DNA of 64,000 nucleotides from Candidatus Omnitrophota bacterium (GTDB lineage Bacteria; Omnitrophota; Gorgyraeia; JAHJTE01): NCBI GenBank assembly GCA_018830005.1, contig JAHJTE010000002.1, positions 267,809 to 331,808 of the forward strand, read 5' to 3'. Shown piece by piece: positions 58,688 to 64,000 of this stretch (position 1 is its first letter; each line of letters starts with the position of its first letter). The notes under the pieces were generated by a model. It saw only the letters and a program-made list of their open reading frames with translations, ran no database searches and was not told where the DNA came from. The position numbers and the translations under genes were made by a program.

Positions 58688-59380
58688 CTATTCCTCTAGC
58701 CTCTCTAACACATCAAAGAGATATTTATTGCTCTCTGAATATCTCAATAAATCCTTAATCAAAGGCCGCCTATCATATTCAGCGCGCCTGAATTCAACCT
58801 TACCGGATTTAGAGTCTAAAATTGCAAAGCTTGGCTGATTAAAATCTCTTGGCTGGCCACAGGAACCTGGATTTAGAACCCTTAAATCTCCAACACACCT
58901 ATCCATAGGACGATGGGTATGACCCAGTAAGATATATTTATATCCTAAAGTTAAAAAGTCCTGCAATGAATCAGTTGGATAAACGTATCCGTTTAAATGG
59001 TCTCTGGGACTACCATGGAAAATTGCAATTTTCTCCTCATTAATCATATATTCCTCAGGCAAGGCCTTTAAGAAGTCCAGATTATTAATTTTTATTTTCT
59101 TTTTTAGTAACGTTAGGGACTTGCCAAATTTTTCAGTATATTTTTTTTCAAGCTTTTCATCATCTAATATATTCAAGAAAATATCATCATGGTTGCCTTT
59201 TATGCATATTAAATCTTTACAATCTTTAAGAATTTCTATAATTTCATTTTGATAATAATAGTAGCCACAGATATCTCCAAGAAAAAAAATCATATCAGGA
59301 GATTCTTTCTTAAGCATCTTCCAAATCTTTTCAAAGGCATATATGTTGCCGTGGACATCAGAGAATATTCCGATTCTCAT
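58688..59380 (-). CDS. Calcineurin-like metallophosphoesterase (YfcE/MJ0936-type)
   Basis: MRIGIFSDVHGN...FLGDICGYY...GNHD...GHTHRP metal-ligand motifs. Confidence 0.8.
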   Translation of the reverse strand: MRIGIFSDVHGNIYAFEKIWKMLKKESPDMIFFLGDICGYYYYQNEIIEILKDCKDLICIKGNHDDIFLNILDDEKLEKKYTEKFGKSLTLLKKKIKINNLDFLKALPEEYMINEEKIAIFHGSPRDHLNGYVYPTDSLQDFLTLGYKYILLGHTHRPMDRCVGDLRVLNPGSCGQPRDFNQPSFAILDSKSGKVEFRRAEYDRRPLIKDLLRYSESNKYLFDVLERLEE

Positions 59381-59389
59381 CAGGTATCC

Positions 59390-60109
59390 TTATTTAAGCT
59401 TGTCATTAATGAAAGCATGAATCTCACCTGCTACAGCCTCCGGTGTCTTTAGAGCTTTGGTTTTCTTTAAATCGATAAATTTTTTGACACAAGGAAAATC
59501 CTTTCTTGACTTATTTCTAATCTGAAATTGCATATTCGTATCTATTGCGCCTGGATCAACGCTAAAAATACGAACTCCATTTTTATATCTTGCCTGCTCA
59601 TTAGTAACTACTTTAGTAAACATCTCAACTGCTGATTTAGCACTGCAATACAGACTCCAACCTTCGAAGGGTTTTCTGGCCGCACCCGAGGATATATTTA
59701 CGATTATTTTTTTTGCCTTAAATTTTCTCATCTTTTTAATAAAAAGATGAGACAGGATAAGCGGTGCGATGCAATTTACATTTAAATTCATAATTGCACT
59801 CTTAGTAAGGAAACTTCCTGCAAAGGCTATGGGATTAATTATTCCGGCATTATTAATCAAGGTTATCGATGAAATTTTCTTAAATTTTATTTTAAGAAAC
59901 ACTCTATCCATTAATCTCTCAAGCTGCTTAAGTCTAGCTAAGTCGCAAATAAGGCCTCTAGCATCTCCTCCAGAGCCTTTAATTTTCTTAATTAAACTTT
60001 TGACATCTCTTCTAGCAATCAAAAACAAAAATGAATCCTTACCAGAAAGTTCCCTTGCTAATGCATTCCCTAATCCCTTTGATACGCCTGTAATAATAAA
60101 AATCTTCAT
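59390..60109 (-). CDS. Classical short-chain dehydrogenase/reductase (SDR)
   Basis: MKIFIITGVSKGLGNALAREL (TGxxxGxG) ... NNAG ... YCSAKSAVE (YxxxK). Confidence 0.8.
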   Translation of the reverse strand: MKIFIITGVSKGLGNALARELSGKDSFLFLIARRDVKSLIKKIKGSGGDARGLICDLARLKQLERLMDRVFLKIKFKKISSITLINNAGIINPIAFAGSFLTKSAIMNLNVNCIAPLILSHLFIKKMRKFKAKKIIVNISSGAARKPFEGWSLYCSAKSAVEMFTKVVTNEQARYKNGVRIFSVDPGAIDTNMQFQIRNKSRKDFPCVKKFIDLKKTKALKTPEAVAGEIHAFINDKLK

Positions 60110-60116
60110 TGTTTTC

Positions 60117-61064
60117 TTATAAATTTTTGCTTTCTGCCTGTTTCAGAATCTCTTTAACGAGTCTTCTTGCACCTTGCCCATCTACAGCTTTTTGTCCAAT
60201 CTGACTCATTCTAATTCGCTTCTTATAGCTTAATCCTTTTAATTCTTGAGAGATTTTTTTAGACAAGCCTGCCTCGTTATATCGGCCGGCAAACTCTAAA
60301 AATCCCAACTTTGCCCAGGCTTTTAAATTCGATAATTGATTATCTGCAAGAGAAATGCCAATCGTTGGTATTCCACAGCGTGCCAGCTCATAAGTAGTCT
60401 GACCTCCGCCAGAAATACAAAAATCTGCTCTAGACATTAGAGATGCTATTTCTTTAACATTGACCTTTCTTGCTCCTCCTACCATAATAGGACTACAATA
60501 AAATCTACGCTTAACAATAGAGGCAATAGAATTCATTAAATTAAGATGGCCTTTTCCCCCAAAAGTAACTAAGACCTGCTTTATATCTTTATTTATTCCC
60601 TTTCTGGAAAAATTCCAGAATTGTTTTCTCAAGGGTATATATTTGGCTCCCAAATAATATAGGACATCTTTACTACGGGGATAGTTTAATCCTCCAGCAT
60701 AAACCTGGCCGTTAACAACTATACCCCTGGGATAGCTTAGTCTCTTGTTATCATCTAAATAAACCGGGGTTTTGACTATACTCGAAATCTTCTTATAAAG
60801 GCTCAAATTTGCTAAGTATGAATCAACAATCACAATATCTGCGCCTTTTAAAAGGTCAAAGAGATAATCCCTTTCTCTTAGCCAATTCAAAATTTTATAT
60901 CTTTTACTATTTAATAAGTATCTAGTTGTCTTATCAGTGTTTATAATAAATTCTGGCCTGCGGCCTTTTTCCTGGAAAGCCTGATACAGACCAATACAGC
61001 GGGTAATGTGGCCAAATCCTATTTTAGCACCACCTTCAGTAATTATTACAATTCGGCTATTCAT
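60117..61064 (-). CDS. PseG-like UDP-sugar hydrolase (MurG-like GT-B fold, nonulosonic acid pathway)
   Basis: RIVIITEGGAKIGFGHITRCIGLYQAFQEKG matches the PseG N-terminal GxGH motif; 315 aa with a C-terminal glycine-rich GGGQTTYE segment. Confidence 0.65.
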   Translation of the reverse strand: MNSRIVIITEGGAKIGFGHITRCIGLYQAFQEKGRRPEFIINTDKTTRYLLNSKRYKILNWLRERDYLFDLLKGADIVIVDSYLANLSLYKKISSIVKTPVYLDDNKRLSYPRGIVVNGQVYAGGLNYPRSKDVLYYLGAKYIPLRKQFWNFSRKGINKDIKQVLVTFGGKGHLNLMNSIASIVKRRFYCSPIMVGGARKVNVKEIASLMSRADFCISGGGQTTYELARCGIPTIGISLADNQLSNLKAWAKLGFLEFAGRYNEAGLSKKISQELKGLSYKKRIRMSQIGQKAVDGQGARRLVKEILKQAESKNL

Positions 61065-61789
61065 AAACTTACTTTATAGCCTTTTTCTTTTAATAAAAAA
61101 TATTCTGCTAATTCGATATCCTCTAATTCATCAATCTCAATAGAATATTTTCGGTCATGTATAACAGGATATACTCTCTCACCAAGAAAAGCATGTATCT
61201 TCCTAAAGCCCTCCGTATCCATTAAAACCTTTCTCTTCACAGCAGTGATTGCTCCATCCAACAAATATAATTCTGGCAAATCCTGCTTACGATATAAATT
61301 CGTTGGCTTCATAAATGGAATGATCCTATCTGTCTTAGGGTCAATCTTTTTCATCCATTCTGGACGTTGATCAGCAGCATAAACAGTAACAACAGAAGTA
61401 GCGTCCTTAATAGATTTAAGCTTAGCTATAACCTTATCAATTTCACCCTTCTTTCTGATGGGTACATTTGCCTGTAAGAATACAACAATATCAGTAAAAA
61501 ATCCTTGCTTCTTTTCAAGATGTTTTACAGCATGGCGGAGGGCATCATCCACAGCAGAAGTATCCAGGGCCAAATTAGCCGGCCGCTTGATGGCATCTAT
61601 CTCATAGTATCCTGCAATCTCAGCTATTTTCTGATCATCGGTGGAAACAACAACTTTATCGCATAACTTACTCTCTAAGGCATTCTCTATAGTGTGGGAA
61701 ATTAATGGCTTGCCTTGCAATGTCCATATATTCTTATTTGTTACTCTTTTACTCTTTCCTCTAGCTGGTATAACACATAATATATTCAT
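61061..61789 (-). CDS. CMP-nonulosonic acid synthetase (acylneuraminate cytidylyltransferase family, NeuA/PseF/LegF-like)
   Basis: MNILCVIPARGKSKRVTNKN is the canonical N-terminus of this family. The start at 61789 lies 1 nt after the upstream rSAM stop; the longer ORF-track start at 61843 runs through a tandem repeat. Confidence 0.85.
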   Translation of the reverse strand: MNILCVIPARGKSKRVTNKNIWTLQGKPLISHTIENALESKLCDKVVVSTDDQKIAEIAGYYEIDAIKRPANLALDTSAVDDALRHAVKHLEKKQGFFTDIVVFLQANVPIRKKGEIDKVIAKLKSIKDATSVVTVYAADQRPEWMKKIDPKTDRIIPFMKPTNLYRKQDLPELYLLDGAITAVKRKVLMDTEGFRKIHAFLGERVYPVIHDRKYSIEIDELEDIELAEYFLLKEKGYKVSL

Positions 61790-61790
61790 A

Positions 61791-63170
61791 TTATCTAGCC
61801 TCGGCATGCCTAGCCTCGGCATGCTTAGTTTTATTCCAGGCATCTAGCTCTTTAATCATCCACTCCTGGGTATACATAAGTTCTTCATCGGATAATTCAG
61901 TAAAGTTTATCCTTACCTTTTCTCCTTGTTCACCCAGATTCAGCAAGTATTCTTCCTCATCTTTAATCTTACCTTGGGATAAAGCCATATCGTACAATTC
62001 AGTTCCAGGATAAGGCGTTATAAAGAATATAACCTCTGGAGTCAGGTTTAATTCTTTACAAAAATTAACTGTTTCCTTAATCGTCTCTAGATTTTCACCT
62101 GGTGAACCTATCATAAAAGAACAATCTGCCCAGCCAAGATGTTTCACGGTTAATCTTACAGCTTCCTTTGCCTGCGCTACGGTTACGCCTTTCTTCAATC
62201 TGTCAAGAATCTTCTGGCTTCCGGATTCAATTCCATAACCGATTAAGACACAACCTGCATCTGCCATTTTAATGACTAAATCCTCAGTCATCAGATTCAC
62301 CCTGCCGGCGCAACCCCAAGTGATTTTGCTATTGAATGCTGACTTCAGCGCTTTGCAAAATTCACTTACAAACTTCCTATCCAGACAAAACTCATCATCA
62401 ACAAAATGGAAATATTCAACTTTGTAATTATCATTCAAATATTTCATCTCCTTGATTATGCTCTGGACAGATCTATGTCTGTACCTCTGGCCCATAAAAT
62501 CATGATAGCAATAAATACATTTATAGGGGCAACCTCTGGTGCCGCTTAGATTCATTGATAATACAGAATCCTTATCTGAACCGCCATCAATCCATTTATT
62601 TCTATTTGGTGCCCCTACGGGATTCTTAAGATAAATGTCCATAGGGAACAAATCCCATGCAGGAAATGGAATTGTATCTAAATTATCCATTACCGCTCTA
62701 TTATTATTTCGGTGAATCTTGCCATCTCTTTGTTTAAACCAAATACCATTGATATTTGAGAGATCATTACCTTTCTCTAAGGCATCAATAAGCTCAACTA
62801 TCGTAATCTCCCCCTCACCTATACAAACAACATCAGCCTCTGTCTTATTGAGAATAATATGGGGAATAGAAGTTCCTACACTACCACCAATGACAATTTT
62901 TTTAGAAGGATGACATCTCTTTAATATTGCAATTAACCACTTGATATATTTATAAACAGTCACTATCCCGCCAATGCCTACTACATCAAACTCTGCATGC
63001 CTAATTTTACCTTCTACCTCTCTAGGGGAAAATCTATAGGCATTTATATCCAACATCTCTACTTCATGGCCTGCATTTCTCAATACAGATGCAATATATC
63101 CCAAACCCAAAGGCAGAACGTTAGGCCTTGCCCACTCCCTGATAGGTGGATTTATTAAAAGTATTTTCAT
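61791..63170 (-). CDS. B12-binding-domain radical SAM protein (class B rSAM)
   Basis: DVVGIGGIVTVY...IVIGGSVGTS cobalamin-domain motifs; GTRGCPYKCIYCYHD radical SAM cluster. The C-terminal tail HAEARHAEAR is encoded by a 15-bp tandem repeat. Confidence 0.85.
   Translation of the reverse strand: MKILLINPPIREWARPNVLPLGLGYIASVLRNAGHEVEMLDINAYRFSPREVEGKIRHAEFDVVGIGGIVTVYKYIKWLIAILKRCHPSKKIVIGGSVGTSIPHIILNKTEADVVCIGEGEITIVELIDALEKGNDLSNINGIWFKQRDGKIHRNNNRAVMDNLDTIPFPAWDLFPMDIYLKNPVGAPNRNKWIDGGSDKDSVLSMNLSGTRGCPYKCIYCYHDFMGQRYRHRSVQSIIKEMKYLNDNYKVEYFHFVDDEFCLDRKFVSEFCKALKSAFNSKITWGCAGRVNLMTEDLVIKMADAGCVLIGYGIESGSQKILDRLKKGVTVAQAKEAVRLTVKHLGWADCSFMIGSPGENLETIKETVNFCKELNLTPEVIFFITPYPGTELYDMALSQGKIKDEEEYLLNLGEQGEKVRINFTELSDEELMYTQEWMIKELDAWNKTKHAEARHAEAR
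61796..61825. repeat. 15-bp direct tandem repeat x2 (tagcctcggcatgcc / tagcctcggcatgct) at the junction of the rSAM and cytidylyltransferase genes
   Basis: Two adjacent near-identical 15-mers. They encode the HAEARHAEAR C-terminal tail of the rSAM protein and, in the other frame, MPRLGMPRLD in the rejected N-terminal extension of the downstream gene. Confidence 0.6.
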
Positions 63171-64000
63171 CTTTTTCCTGTGAAACTAAAAAACGTCTAA
63201 CATTATTGCTGCGAAACGTACGAAAGAAAAATTCAGATTGCTTATAAAATGGCTCATTAGAGAACTCGTTAATAAAATCATTATACTGACTCAAAGAATG
63301 AACCTTATATCGATATTTAACCGGCTTAGATAAAAGAAACTCAGAAAGCATCCCGCGATAATCCTGCTTACGCCAAGCTCCTAAATCATAAGGACTTAAC
63401 AGTTCAACGCTCTCCTGAGGCATCTCCCAAAATGGTATAATGATATTTCCTACTAAAATTTTTCCAAACTGCATTTCTTTCAAAAATTCAGATAGGTCAC
63501 CTCGTCCTTTTTTGCGAAATATAACAGTGGCTGCCTCTATAACCTCATCTAGCAATTTTTGCTGTTTTAAGGCATGAATCATATCACCCTTTATAATCTT
63601 TGATAGAATGAAATGATTCCTGAATCCAATATACTGACTAGAGTCACTTTTCTCTGAGAACTGTTGACTAAAAACCTTACGCACATCTTCCTTTTCTTCA
63701 AATAAATTATCCTGCAAGCAATCTTTAAGTCTCTCTACTTGTCCGGAAATAAATGGATATCTCCCTGGATTATCAAACAATTCTAAAATAACATCTGAAA
63801 TCTTAACTCCCCTATTCTCCCAGATATAAACCATCTCTTTAAAATAGCCCCAAAACATAAAGAGTTTATAGATAAGTGTCAATAAATTTATTTTTATGAA
63901 CTCTTGGAAGCTAAAGTCATTGCTTGCCACTGCCCAAGAATCTATTTCCACATTCTCAAACTGACCAAATTTTGTATAGCCACGTTCAGCAATGCTATAT
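63121..64000 (-). CDS. Hypothetical protein, 5' end beyond the window
   Basis: The reading frame stays open upstream of the ORF-track start (a GTG at 63951) to the window end: ...YSIAERGYTKFGQFENVEIDSWAVASNDF.... No recognisable motif. Confidence 0.4.
   Translation of the reverse strand, partial: YSIAERGYTKFGQFENVEIDSWAVASNDFSFQEFIKINLLTLIYKLFMFWGYFKEMVYIWENRGVKISDVILELFDNPGRYPFISGQVERLKDCLQDNLFEEKEDVRKVFSQQFSEKSDSSQYIGFRNHFILSKIIKGDMIHALKQQKLLDEVIEAATVIFRKKGRGDLSEFLKEMQFGKILVGNIIIPFWEMPQESVELLSPYDLGAWRKQDYRGMLSEFLLSKPVKYRYKVHSLSQYNDFINEFSNEPFYKQSEFFFRTFRSNNVRRFLVSQEKDENTFNKSTYQGVGKA

Noticed and set aside
1..64000. Mobile elements, integrases, transposases, tRNA or rRNA genes, and toxin-antitoxin or phage-defence modules
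   Set aside because: No ORF shows DDE/tyrosine-recombinase/HTH-transposase features. No cloverleaf-capable or rRNA-like GC-rich stretches are visible. Every ORF above about 100 aa is accounted for by glycan-biosynthesis functions or unassigned membrane proteins.

Overview
The window is a gene-dense, low-GC (roughly one-third G+C by eye) 64 kb segment. Every credible gene lies on the minus strand and intergenic space is almost nil. It reads as one huge co-directional surface-glycan or glycoconjugate biosynthesis locus that runs off both ends of the window. I see no rRNA, tRNA, CRISPR array, transposase or integrase.

Recognisable content, in transcription order (high to low coordinate):
- a nonulosonic-acid (pseudaminic/legionaminic-like) module: NeuB-like synthase, PseG-like hydrolase, CMP-sugar synthetase, ATP-grasp enzyme, metallophosphoesterase, classical SDR
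- a TagF-like transferase
- two Wzx-type flippases, an O-antigen-ligase/Wzy-like protein, and a second uncharacterised polytopic membrane protein
- a WecA/MraY-like initiating transferase with an unusual C-terminal Rossmann-like extension
- five GT4 and four GT2 glycosyltransferases, two of them DPM1-like polyprenol-phosphate sugar synthases, and at least three GT-C (ArnT/PMT-like) membrane glycosyltransferases
- six extended-SDR nucleotide-sugar epimerase/dehydratases and an NDP-hexose nucleotidyltransferase
- a DegT aminotransferase, a Gfo/Idh/MocA oxidoreductase and a hexapeptide acetyltransferase
- an AsnB-like amidotransferase
- a carbamoyltransferase + SxtJ-like + DUF5989 module, two SGNH-fold hydrolases, one FkbM and three zinc-ribbon class I SAM methyltransferases
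- a DUF4330 pair.

The most striking feature is seven radical SAM genes in one locus: six paralogous cobalamin(B12)-binding-domain radical SAM enzymes and one SPASM-domain radical SAM, with a YkgJ-type Cys-cluster protein immediately downstream of one B12-rSAM gene. Together with four SAM methyltransferases, this points to extensive and probably novel radical-chemistry tailoring of a sugar or lipid-linked glycan.

Other points worth a second look: two short gene relics that record recombination inside the locus, a perfect in-frame 78-bp tandem duplication inside a DUF4330 gene, a GT–DUF218 fusion, and an SDR with an inserted Cys4 zinc ribbon.

All functional calls come from motif-level reading of the translated ORFs (for example Rossmann GxxGxxG, the radical SAM CxxxCxxC, DNxDGLAAG, SGNH blocks, the NeuB/AsnB N-termini). 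No database search was possible.
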